Shown: positions 8,616 to 16,864 of the stretch, piece after piece
Numbering within the stretch: position 1 is the first letter of the stretch
Layout: each line of letters opens with the position of its first letter
Assembly (NCBI GenBank): GCA_043800755.1
Contig: JAZDMQ010000027.1
Span: forward strand, 1 to 31,195
DNA length: 31,195 bases
Reading direction: 5' to 3'
Source: a bacterium
GTDB lineage: Bacteria > Methylomirabilota > Methylomirabilia > CAVQYV01
Program-made: the position numbers and the translations under genes
The notes under the pieces: generated by a model
The model's database searches: none
Seen by the model: only the letters and a program-made list of their open reading frames with translations
Told to the model about the DNA's origin: nothing

Positions 8616-8811
8616 AACGGCGAGCAGTCAGTCGGCGGGGAGCGGTAGGCAGAAGCGGGCGGCGGCTCGCAGGAAGGAGGGAGTGTGGAAGATTAACTGT
8701 GATTCACGGCCGGGAAATGGAGTCTCCTCGGGCGGGAGAAGCCAAAAGTTACATGACCCTATCTACCCTCGGTTAGAGGGGGAGGGGAATGGGATTCCCC
8801 AGGAGGATAAC

Positions 8812-9327
8812 ATGGCTGCGATTAGAGTTATGGCGTTCGTCGCGTTAATCGCGTTAGTCGGAATGGCTATAGTGGGCGATGCGGTGGCCGGGGAGAAGGT
8901 TAAGGGGCGCACCGCCTTTTATACGGTCAAGTGGGAGACAGTCAATGTCCCCGAGGAGGAAGGACTCCTGATGGCCCTCGCTGAGTCTAGGGGAATCACC
9001 AGCAATAAGGAAGGGAAAACCTTCGCCGATGGCTGGGTTAGCCGGAGCGTGGGGCTTCTCGATATTAACGTCAAAACCGGACTTGGGTCTGGCCATTGGT
9101 ATGAAGAAGTGACCGATCGGGATGGTGATAAACTCTACTACCGATCGGAAGGCAAGAGGATGAAAGGAAAACTCTGGGCCAGCTACTGGGAAGGTGAATA
9201 TACCATAGTGAGAGGCACCGGCAAATGGGAAGGGATCAAGGGAAGGGGAAACTGGTCTATGTATCCCACAGCCCCAATGCAATCGTATACCGATTGGGAG
9301 ATGGAGGTGGAGTTGCCCAAAAGATGA
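8812..9327 (+). CDS. Secreted hypothetical protein, probable beta-barrel (allene oxide cyclase/dirigent-like motif)
   Basis: AGGAGG RBS before ATG 8812; 171 aa; signal peptide ending DAVA; beta-rich, with TDRDGDKL and IVRGTGKWEGIKGRG. The longer ORF from 8569 starts inside the terminator. Confidence 0.75.
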   Translation: MAAIRVMAFVALIALVGMAIVGDAVAGEKVKGRTAFYTVKWETVNVPEEEGLLMALAESRGITSNKEGKTFADGWVSRSVGLLDINVKTGLGSGHWYEEVTDRDGDKLYYRSEGKRMKGKLWASYWEGEYTIVRGTGKWEGIKGRGNWSMYPTAPMQSYTDWEMEVELPKR

Positions 9328-9395
9328 TATGAGATCTGAAATGTCCTGAGCGGTAATTTTATTGCCAGATAGCCCCGTTAAGGGGCGAAGAGATG

Positions 9396-9437
9396 GGGGG
9401 AGGGGCCAGCGGAATTAGCGCTGGCTCCTCCCCCTTT
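9396..9437 (+). terminator. GC-rich hairpin, probable intrinsic terminator of the 8812-9327 gene
   Basis: GGGGGAGGGGCCAGCG-loop-CGCTGGCTCCTCCCCC-TTT (16-bp stem, one G-T pair, short T tail). Confidence 0.6.
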
Positions 9438-9520
9438 GAAGATCCACTCCTATTGAAGGGAAAAGATGTTAGGCTGAGCCCTTCACCGCCTCCCCGATAG
9501 AGAAATTAAGGAGGAATTAA

Positions 9521-9559
9521 GGACACATCCCTATTTCCTTGAAGAATAGGGATGTGTCC
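9521..9559. repeat. REP-like perfect palindrome
   Basis: GGACACATCCCTATT-N9-AATAGGGATGTGTCC, a 15-bp perfect inverted repeat, preceded by tandem AATTAAGGA. Confidence 0.7.
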
Positions 9560-9651
9560 CTCTTACCTCTTACTTTGGGGGGCAATTATGAAAAGCCAAT
9601 GAAGTAATTCTCCGGTTTCTTGAGAGGCAATTGGATAGATAGAAAGCTGAT

Positions 9652-10011
9652 CTACGGTGTGTGCTGCGTCTCTCCTTCCTGAGAGATGATTCTTTCAAGA
9701 GTGGCAGCGAGTGGGGGCAGGTCGTCTGTTACGGTGTCCCACAATCTGTCAAGGTTGATATCGAAATAAACATGGATGGGACGGTTTCTCATGCCGACGA
9801 TATTTGACCAAGGAATCTCCGTAAACCTGTCTCGGCACTCCTTTGAAGCCTTTGAGGCAGCCTCCCCAACGATCTCAATCGCTTTCATGATGGAGAGTGT
9901 AAGCATTCGGTCTGAATCCAGATCCGCTCTCGTTCTACTCCAGGCAAAAGAGATAGCCTCCTTTGCGGCATCCAACATATGTTGCATACGAACGAGGTCA
10001 TCCTTGCGCAT
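9652..10011 (-). CDS. hepT: HepT-like HEPN ribonuclease toxin (DUF86)
   Basis: 119 aa from MRKDDLVRMQHMLDA; EIVGEAASK, IPW..IVGMRNRPIHVYFDI (RX4HXY motif); overlaps the MntA stop. Confidence 0.88.
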   Translation of the reverse strand: MRKDDLVRMQHMLDAAKEAISFAWSRTRADLDSDRMLTLSIMKAIEIVGEAASKASKECRDRFTEIPWSNIVGMRNRPIHVYFDINLDRLWDTVTDDLPPLAATLERIISQEGETQHTP

Positions 10012-10306
10012 ACTGAGTCTCTGCAGTATCAAGGACTTCCTTTCTAAAATAACGGCTCAGATCCTCTGGCGTTCGTAGGTCGACCTTCCGTCCCAACATC
10101 TCGGAAAGTTCTATTTCCATACCTGCCATGCGCAGTAAACCTATTACCAGCCCAGGCTCAAACTCAACCAGCACATCAATGTCACTCTCAGGGCCAAATT
10201 CCTCGTCCAAGACTGAGCCGAAGAGAGAAAGCTTGCGGATATGATGTCTTTTGCAGAAATCATCGACCTTCTCCTGAGGGATCTCTACGCGCGATTTGCT
10301 GCTCAT
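9998..10306 (-). CDS. mntA: MntA-like minimal nucleotidyltransferase antitoxin
   Basis: 102 aa from MSSKSRVEI; LFGSVLDEEFGPESDIDVLVEF (GSX10DXD), LGRKVDLRTP; directly upstream of HepT. Confidence 0.88.
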   Translation of the reverse strand: MSSKSRVEIPQEKVDDFCKRHHIRKLSLFGSVLDEEFGPESDIDVLVEFEPGLVIGLLRMAGMEIELSEMLGRKVDLRTPEDLSRYFRKEVLDTAETQYAQG

Positions 10307-10484
10307 GAATTCACCCCCAGCCCTTTGTACTTTCGGCGCCTTGGCTATCCCTGTTCCAGATTGATTCGCAGCTACCAGGATAATGACGCCCTCAGCCAAT
10401 GCAACTTCAATGTCGATCGCTGCAAGCCCGACTGGATCAAGCCAGAATTGGGCCACAATATTATCTGTTCAAGAGGAAAGGATT

Positions 10485-11684
10485 TCAGACTGAACCGTTC
10501 ACCGCCTCGGCGAACTTCTTTCCGAACTCGAAGCAGGCCTGGAGCTCCTCCGGGTTGGGGACCCACTTCAGGGTGAGGGCAGGCTGGACGATCTGGACGC
10601 CCCCCTGCTTCAGCTTATCCTCCAGCGTTTTGGCGGCCTCCCCGCTCCAGCCGAAGGAGCCGAAGGCCGCCCCAATCTTGGCCTTGGGCTTCAGCCCCTT
10701 GAGGTCCTCGATGAAGGGGGCCACGGTGGGCAAGAGGTCACGATTGATGGTGGAGGAGCCGACCAGGAGGCCCTTGGCCTCCAAGACTTGGGCGATCACA
10801 TCGGAGCGATCGCTCACCGAGAGCTTGTACAGCCTGCCCTCTACGCCGGCCGCCTTGATCCCTTCCAGCATGGCGTGCGCCATCTTTTCGGTGCTGCCCC
10901 ACATGGTATCGTAGGCGATGACCACCCGGTTCGCCGCCTCCCCTCGAGACCAGCGGAGATAGGCCTGGATGATCTTCTCCGGGTCCTTGCGCCAGATCAG
11001 GCCATGGCTGGGCCCGATGGTTTTGATGGGAATCCCCAGCTTCCCTACTTCCTCGATCTTCTTGATGATCAAGGGGCTGAAGGGGGTGAGGATATTGGCG
11101 AAGTATTTGGTCGCCTCCTCCATCACGATCCCCTCATCCACCTCGTCGGTGAACCGCTCGGTGGTGGCCAGATGCTGGCCAAAGGCATCATTGGGCAGGA
11201 GCAGGGCCTCCTCTTTGACATAGGTAAACATGCTGTCCGGCCAGTGGAGCATGGGGGCCTCCAGGAATTGGAGGGTGCGCTTCCCCAGCTTCAGCTCATC
11301 CCCGGTCTTGACCACCTGGAAATCCCAATCGCCAAAGTAATGCTTCTGCAGGCCTTCTTTTCCCTTCTGGGTGCAGAAGACCTTCGCCTGGGGCGCAAGC
11401 TGCAGAACCTGGGGGATCGACCCCGAATGGTCCGTCTCCACATGGTTAGCGATGAGATAGTCAATGCGAGAGGGATCGATGACCTGGCGGATGCGGCCTA
11501 ACATCTCCCCCGCGAAGGGCCCATAGACCGTGTCGATCAGGGTATTCTTCTCATCCAGGATCAAATAGGCATTATAGGTCGTTCCGCGATGGGTGGTGTA
11601 GGTGTAGCCGTGAAAGTTCCGCGCATTCCAATCCACCGCCCCCACCCAGAAGATCCCCTCGGCCAGTCTTACCTCAGGTGCCAT
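10485..11684 (-). CDS. fprA: Flavodiiron protein (FprA, A-type flavoprotein; rubredoxin:O2/NO oxidoreductase)
   Basis: 399 aa; GTTYNAYLI, NHVETDHSG, PMLHWPDSM, NDAFGQH, PSHG; flavodoxin domain YDTMWGST...FGSFGWSG. Confidence 0.95.
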   Translation of the reverse strand: MAPEVRLAEGIFWVGAVDWNARNFHGYTYTTHRGTTYNAYLILDEKNTLIDTVYGPFAGEMLGRIRQVIDPSRIDYLIANHVETDHSGSIPQVLQLAPQAKVFCTQKGKEGLQKHYFGDWDFQVVKTGDELKLGKRTLQFLEAPMLHWPDSMFTYVKEEALLLPNDAFGQHLATTERFTDEVDEGIVMEEATKYFANILTPFSPLIIKKIEEVGKLGIPIKTIGPSHGLIWRKDPEKIIQAYLRWSRGEAANRVVIAYDTMWGSTEKMAHAMLEGIKAAGVEGRLYKLSVSDRSDVIAQVLEAKGLLVGSSTINRDLLPTVAPFIEDLKGLKPKAKIGAAFGSFGWSGEAAKTLEDKLKQGGVQIVQPALTLKWVPNPEELQACFEFGKKFAEAVNGSV

Positions 11685-11722
11685 GGCAATCCCTCCTCGC
11701 TGCGGATCTTCAAATCGTCCCC

Positions 11723-11887
11723 CTAGCCCTCTGTCTTTTCAAACGCATCCTTGGCGGCCCCACACTGGGGGCAGACCCAATCCTCGGGCAGGTCGGCAAA
11801 AGGGGTCCCGGGCGCGATCCCGTTCTCCGGGTCGCCGAGGGCCGGATCGTAGATGTATCCGCAGATGGTACAAACATATTTATCCAT
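11723..11887 (-). CDS. rub: Rubredoxin (absent from the supplied ORF track)
   Basis: [54 protein letters not shown] (54 aa); two CxxCG knuckles; AAGGAG RBS. Confidence 0.97.
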   Translation of the reverse strand: MDKYVCTICGYIYDPALGDPENGIAPGTPFADLPEDWVCPQCGAAKDAFEKTEG

Positions 11888-11947
11888 GCTCGACTCCTTT
11901 CCAAGGGGTCTCAGTCAAGAGACGAATGTCCCACTGCCTCCTCGCTC

Positions 11948-11976
11948 AATATAGAGGAAAAAACCCGTGGGTGCAA
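11948..11976 (-). promoter_or_regulatory. Putative sigma70 promoter of rubredoxin-fprA
   Basis: Minus strand TTGCAC-N17-TATATT. Confidence 0.5.
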
Positions 11977-11998
11977 GGCAAAACGAGAACGAGGTCCA

Positions 11999-12550
11999 TC
12001 AGCGATCGATCCCAAAGGGAGAGATAGAATCCCCCAGGACGATGCCGTATTCCCCGGGCTCCAGGGCCTGGGCAGGGGTCATCCGGTAAAGGTCCTTGCC
12101 TGCCAGCTCAACCTTCACCCCCACCAGGTATTCATCCACCACTTTAGCGCTCCCTCCTGCAGAATAGATCGAGTATTGGAACTCCCGCAGTCCGTGCCTC
12201 CTTTCCAACTTCACCAGGGAATAGAAGTCGGCCGGGTTGGCCCCGTACGAATAGAGGATGGGCTGGGGATTCGCGGTTCGAAGCTCCGAGCGCTCCCCGG
12301 AGAGAAAGACCCGGGTGCGATGCATGATCCCCATCACGTAGCCCATCTCCCCCACGGGCACCCGCCTTGCCCGGAGGTAGTTCAGCCGGATCAGGTCATC
12401 TCCTTGTTGCAGGTAGAGGCCGTAAGCCGGGGGAGGGAGGACGGGGTCGGCCTGGGCCAGGACGGGGGCCAGGCCGAGGATCAAAGCGGCGAGCCACAAA
12501 ACGGCGCGCCCAGGGATGCGATGTACGGTCCTTTGGGTCTGGGTCTTCAT
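11999..12550 (-). CDS. Secreted hypothetical protein
   Basis: AAGGAGG RBS before ATG 12550; 183 aa; signal peptide ending PVLA; C-terminal YRMTPAQALEPGEYGIV...PFGID. Confidence 0.75.
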   Translation of the reverse strand: MKTQTQRTVHRIPGRAVLWLAALILGLAPVLAQADPVLPPPAYGLYLQQGDDLIRLNYLRARRVPVGEMGYVMGIMHRTRVFLSGERSELRTANPQPILYSYGANPADFYSLVKLERRHGLREFQYSIYSAGGSAKVVDEYLVGVKVELAGKDLYRMTPAQALEPGEYGIVLGDSISPFGIDR

Positions 12551-12740
12551 CGTTGCCTCCTTTGCAGAGAGGTGGGGCCATTTCGCCATTACGGGGTTTC
12601 TTGCATCTTACCATAAGAGCCCTGGGGACAAATAGTTCCATGATCTAAATCACAAGGGGGCTCCTTCTTCAACAATTTCCGTCCTCCCTCGGCCTCGGCT
12701 TCGAGATCAGGATAGCCATGCGATGCCGAAATGATTTGCC

Positions 12741-12775
12741 TTGACAGGCATTTTCTTCGATGTTAGCTTAACATC
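12741..12775 (+). promoter_or_regulatory. sigma70 promoter of the rib operon with an overlapping palindromic operator candidate
   Basis: TTGACA (12741-12746)-N17-TAGCTT (12764-12769) with extended -10 TG; GATGTTA-GCT-TAACATC inverted repeat at 12759-12775. Confidence 0.6.
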
Positions 12776-12792
12776 CAATTTTCCATCGAGCC

Positions 12793-13920
12793 ATGTGTAT
12801 AGATGCGATCTTTATGCAGAGGGCTCTTTCCCTGGCAGCCCAGGGAAGGGGCAGAACCAGCCCCAACCCCATGGTAGGGGCAGTGGTGACCAAGCAGGGC
12901 TTGGTGGTGGGAGAGGGTTATCATCGCCGTGCTGGAGAAGATCACGCTGAGGTGATCGCCTTGAGAGAGGCCGGCGATTCCGCCTTCGGGGCTACCCTCT
13001 ACCTCACGCTGGAGCCCTGTTGTCATTATGGGAGGACCCCGCCCTGCACCGACCGGATTATCCAAACCGGGATCCAGCGGGTAGTAGCCTCCCTGCCCGA
13101 TCCCAACCCCCTGGTGAGTGGTAAAGGGTTCGAGAGGTTGAGAGAGGCCGGCATCCAGGTGGAATGGGGGCTGATGGAAAAGGAGGCCCGCCGGCTCAAC
13201 GAGGCCTATATCAAGTTTATCACCACGGGCCTGCCCTTCGTCCTCCTCAAGGGTGCGGCTAGCCTGGATGGAAAGATCGCCACCGCTGCCGGAGAATCGC
13301 GGTGGATCACGGGGGCGTTGGCCCGAGAGAGGGTTCACCGCCTCCGGGACGAAGTGGATGCCGTGATGGTGGGAATTGCCACCGCCCTGCAGGATGATCC
13401 TCAACTCACCACCCGCCTTCCCTCGGGCCAGGGGAGGGACCCGCTGCGCATCGTCCTCGATTCATCTGGCCAGCTTCCCTTGGAGGCCAGACTGATCAAC
13501 CCCTGCTCCAGCGCCAAGACCCTTCTGATCACCTCTACCTCATCCCCTGACGAGAAGGTGGAAGACCTAAAGCAAGGAGGGGTTGAAATCTGGCGCATGT
13601 CAGAGGAGGGCGGGAGGATCCCACTCCGTCCCCTGTTGAGCAGGCTGGCCGAATCCGGGGTGACGAGCCTGATGATCGAGGGAGGATCGGAGGTCAATGC
13701 CTCAGCCCTGCAGGAGGGGATTGTAGACAAGGTGATCCTCTTCCTCTCACCCCGCTTCATCGGCGGGAGGGAGGCCCCCTCCCTGATCGGAGGGCGGGGA
13801 ACGGAGCGCTTGGCCACCGCCCCCCGCTTGAAAAATATTTCGCTGGAATGGGTGGGGGATGATATAATGATTGAAGGCTATCTACATCCGCTTGAGGACG
13901 AGCCATGTTCACCGGCCTGA
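12793..13920 (+). CDS. ribD: Bifunctional diaminohydroxyphosphoribosylaminopyrimidine deaminase/reductase
   Basis: TSPNPMVGAV, HAE, LEPCCHYGRTPPC, SLDGKIA, SRWITG, DDPQLT, IEGG. Start could be 12814. Confidence 0.97.
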   Translation: MCIDAIFMQRALSLAAQGRGRTSPNPMVGAVVTKQGLVVGEGYHRRAGEDHAEVIALREAGDSAFGATLYLTLEPCCHYGRTPPCTDRIIQTGIQRVVASLPDPNPLVSGKGFERLREAGIQVEWGLMEKEARRLNEAYIKFITTGLPFVLLKGAASLDGKIATAAGESRWITGALARERVHRLRDEVDAVMVGIATALQDDPQLTTRLPSGQGRDPLRIVLDSSGQLPLEARLINPCSSAKTLLITSTSSPDEKVEDLKQGGVEIWRMSEEGGRIPLRPLLSRLAESGVTSLMIEGGSEVNASALQEGIVDKVILFLSPRFIGGREAPSLIGGRGTERLATAPRLKNISLEWVGDDIMIEGYLHPLEDEPCSPA

Positions 13921-14558
13921 TTGAGGAGATAGGAAAGGTCTTGCACCTGGAGGGGGGAGAGCGTGCTCGCCTCACCATTCAGGCGCAAGAGACCCTGAAA
14001 GACCTGGCCCCTGGATCGAGCATCGCGGTAAATGGGGCCTGCCTCACCGTGAGCCACCTTTTGGAGTCCTCCTTCACCGCGGACCTCTCCCCGGAGACGC
14101 TGAAGGTGACAAATTTGGGGGAAGTGTGCGCCGGAGAGGGGGTAAATTTGGAGAGGCCCCTCCGCTTGGGCGATCGATTGGGGGGCCACTGGGTGAGCGG
14201 CCACATCGATGGGGTGGGGACGATCCGGGAGAGGGCGCCCTCAGCCGATTTCATCCGCCTCTCCTTCTCCTATCCCTCGTTCATGGGGCAGTGGCTGGTC
14301 CCAAAGGGATCAGTGGCCGTAGACGGCATCAGTCTGACCCTGGTGGAGGTGAAGCAGGATTCTTTCACGGTGCAGCTCATCCCTTTCACCTCTCGACAGA
14401 CGACCCTGGGAGGCAAGAGGGTGGGAGAGAGGGTGAACCTAGAGGCGGATCTAGTCGCCAAGTATATCCAAAGTCTGCTCTCGCCATATCAGGGGTTGGG
14501 AGCGGGCCGTGGAATCGATCGGAATTTCTTGTCCCAGCACGGGTTTCTGAGGGAGTGA
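13905..14558 (+). CDS. ribE: Riboflavin synthase (alpha)
   Basis: MFTGLIEE N-terminus, SIAVNGACLTV, VNLER, GGHWVSGHIDG, KGSVAVDGISLT. Confidence 0.97.
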   Translation: MFTGLIEEIGKVLHLEGGERARLTIQAQETLKDLAPGSSIAVNGACLTVSHLLESSFTADLSPETLKVTNLGEVCAGEGVNLERPLRLGDRLGGHWVSGHIDGVGTIRERAPSADFIRLSFSYPSFMGQWLVPKGSVAVDGISLTLVEVKQDSFTVQLIPFTSRQTTLGGKRVGERVNLEADLVAKYIQSLLSPYQGLGAGRGIDRNFLSQHGFLRE

Positions 14559-15830
14559 ATGGGGAGGAGCGAGGTGAGGAATCGGGTGGGATTCAATTCC
14601 ATTGAAGAGGCCATTGCTGATATCCGCGAGGGAAAGGTGGTCATCGTGGTGGATGACGAGGACCGAGAGAACGAAGGGGATCTCACGGTCGCAGCGGAAA
14701 AGGTGACACCGGAGATCATCAACTTCATGGCCCTCCATGGCCGAGGCCTCATCTGTCTCTCGCTGACTGGCAAGAGGCTGGATGAACTGAAGATCCCCCT
14801 CATGGTCGCGGATAATACCGCGCCCTTCGGCACCGCCTTCACCGTCTCCATCGAGGCGAAGCACGGGGTATCCACCGGCATCTCGGCCTACGATCGCGCC
14901 CAGACGATCAAGGCCGTTCTGGACCCCTCCACCAGACCTGAAGACCTGACCCGTCCCGGTCACATGTTTCCCCTGCGGGCCCGGGAGGGAGGGGTGTTGA
15001 GTCGGGCAGGACAAACCGAGGCGGCGGTGGATTTGGCCCGGTTGGCCGGCCTCTATCCGGCTGGGGTAATCTGCGAGATTATGAACCGGGATGGAACGAT
15101 GGCTCGGGTCCCCCAGCTTTCCCGGTTTGCCAAGCATCATCATTTCAAGATGATCACGGTCAAGGATCTGATCGAGTTTCGTATGAAGACGGAGAAGTTC
15201 GTGGAGAGGGTGGTGGAGACCCAAGTCCCCACCCGGCATGGAGAATTCAAGGCGATCCTTTACCAAAGCACGATGGATGGCAAACAGCACCTTGCCTTCA
15301 CCATGGGGGAGTGGAACAAGACGGAGCCGGTCCTGGTGCGAGTTCATTCGGAGTGTCTGACCGGCGATGTCTTCGGATCGCTGCGCTGCGACTGTGGGGA
15401 GCAATTGGATCGCGCCCTCTCCGCCATCGCCCAGCAAGGCAAAGGGGTCTTGCTGTATATGCGACAAGAGGGGCGCGGCATCGGCCTGGCCAACAAGCTG
15501 CGCGCCTATCAACTCCAGGACCAAGGATTGGACACAGTTGAGGCCAATAAGAGACTGGGATTTGGAGAGGATCTCAGAGACTATGGGATCGGTGCCCAGA
15601 TCCTCGCCGATCTGGAGTTGAGCAAGATTCGACTGCTCACCAATAACCCCCGGAAGGTGGTGGGCCTGGAAGGATACGGGCTCCATATTGTGGAACGGGT
15701 CCCCCTGGAGATCAAGCCGAACAGCAACAACCTGATCTATCTTCAGACCAAGCAGGAGAAGCTGGGCCACCTCCTCACCCAGGTCAAGTCGAAGCGGTCC
15801 TCGGCTCCCAAGCCGCGCTCCAAGGATTGA
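14559..15830 (+). CDS. ribBA: Bifunctional DHBP synthase / GTP cyclohydrolase II
   Basis: [57 protein letters not shown]. Alternative GTG start at 14586. Confidence 0.97.
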   Translation: MGRSEVRNRVGFNSIEEAIADIREGKVVIVVDDEDRENEGDLTVAAEKVTPEIINFMALHGRGLICLSLTGKRLDELKIPLMVADNTAPFGTAFTVSIEAKHGVSTGISAYDRAQTIKAVLDPSTRPEDLTRPGHMFPLRAREGGVLSRAGQTEAAVDLARLAGLYPAGVICEIMNRDGTMARVPQLSRFAKHHHFKMITVKDLIEFRMKTEKFVERVVETQVPTRHGEFKAILYQSTMDGKQHLAFTMGEWNKTEPVLVRVHSECLTGDVFGSLRCDCGEQLDRALSAIAQQGKGVLLYMRQEGRGIGLANKLRAYQLQDQGLDTVEANKRLGFGEDLRDYGIGAQILADLELSKIRLLTNNPRKVVGLEGYGLHIVERVPLEIKPNSNNLIYLQTKQEKLGHLLTQVKSKRSSAPKPRSKD

Positions 15831-15914
15831 CTGGGCAGAGCGAGTTTCGTCCGTTGAGGCATGAGGTCGGGCGAGGGGAATCTTTCGTTGCCTTTAAAGG
15901 AGAAGGAGGGATTC

Positions 15915-16385
15915 ATGGGAAAGACTTACGAAGGAGAGCTATCCGCCAAGGGACTTCGGCTGGTCCTCATCGTCTCTCGATTCAACGATTTCATTACCTC
16001 TCGACTCCAGGAGGGGGCCTTGGATGCCCTTCTCCGACACGGGGGAGATCGGGAGAAGATCGACATCGTCAAAGTGCCGGGCTCCTTTGAAATCCCCTAT
16101 GTGGCCCGAAGGCTGGCCCAATCCGGCAAATATGACGCCATCATCTGCCTGGGGGCGGTGATCCGCGGGGCAACTCCCCATTTCGAGTACATTGCCTCCG
16201 AGGTGGCCAAGGGCATCGCCCAGACCTCTTTGGAGACCGGGGTTCCCACCATCTTCGGGGTGGTCACCACGGATACGATCGAGCAGGCCATCGAGCGGGC
16301 TGGCACCAAGAGCGGCAACAAAGGCTGGGATGCCGCCCTGGCGGCGATGGAGATGGTGAATCTCTACAAGGCCATGAAGATCTGA
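15915..16385 (+). CDS. ribH: 6,7-dimethyl-8-ribityllumazine synthase
   Basis: AAGGAGG RBS before ATG 15915; [40 protein letters not shown]. Confidence 0.97.
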   Translation: MGKTYEGELSAKGLRLVLIVSRFNDFITSRLQEGALDALLRHGGDREKIDIVKVPGSFEIPYVARRLAQSGKYDAIICLGAVIRGATPHFEYIASEVAKGIAQTSLETGVPTIFGVVTTDTIEQAIERAGTKSGNKGWDAALAAMEMVNLYKAMKI

Positions 16386-16411
16386 AACAAGGGGGTTGAT
16401 CCCGAACTATC

Positions 16412-16864
16412 ATGGGAAAGCGGCGCCGGGCGAGGGAATTAGCCCTCTCGCTCCTGTATCAACTTGAGTTCCATCCCGGTCGGCCCCAAGAGGCGATGGA
16501 GGATTTCTGGGCCCAGCACCCCAGTTTACCCGAGGCGAAGGAGTTCGCCTCCAGCCTGGTCCTCGGGGTGAGGGAGAGGATAGACCAGATCGACAGCATC
16601 ATTCAGCGGTTTACTGAGCATTGGAGCCTGCAGAGGATCGCCTTAGTGGAGAGAAATATCCTGCGCCTGGGGATATACGAACTACTATTTCGGGATGATA
16701 TCCCGAAGAAGGCGGCGCTCAACGAGGCGATCGAGATTGCCAAGCTCTACGGCTCAGAGGACTCTGGCAAGTTCATCAACGGAATCTTAGATCGGGTCAT
16801 GAATTCCTCTCTCGAGGAGATCCTCGCGCCACCCCAGAAGACCCAGGAGGCGGCGGGTCCGTGA
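16412..16864 (+). CDS. nusB: Transcription antitermination factor NusB
   Basis: RRRARELAL..LYQ, W...RI..VERNILRL, NEAIEIAKLYG, FINGILD; canonical position after ribH. Confidence 0.96.
   Translation: MGKRRRARELALSLLYQLEFHPGRPQEAMEDFWAQHPSLPEAKEFASSLVLGVRERIDQIDSIIQRFTEHWSLQRIALVERNILRLGIYELLFRDDIPKKAALNEAIEIAKLYGSEDSGKFINGILDRVMNSSLEEILAPPQKTQEAAGP

Noticed and set aside
8569-8811. 81-aa N-terminal extension of the 252-aa ORF 8569-9327
   Set aside because: It starts inside the terminator tail and is low-complexity; a strong RBS and signal peptide begin at 8812.
9446-9457. 12-bp match ACTCCTATTGAA shared with 17-28 on the minus strand
   Set aside because: 12-mer matches are expected by chance in 31 kb, and there is no extended similarity.
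10307-10456. N-terminal extension of MntA (152-aa ORF)
   Set aside because: The family-length protein starts at ATG 10306; the extension looks like read-through of decayed sequence.
11678-12616. 312-aa plus-strand ORF
   Set aside because: Antisense shadow of rubredoxin and the secreted protein; no recognisable motifs.
12620-12792. FMN riboswitch upstream of ribD
   Set aside because: No RFN consensus visible, and the promoter lies too close to the start codon.
14451-15770. Long antisense ORFs (439 aa here; also 20326-21474, 1960-2739, 18625-19401)
   Set aside because: They mirror well-supported genes on the opposite strand, as expected in GC-rich DNA.
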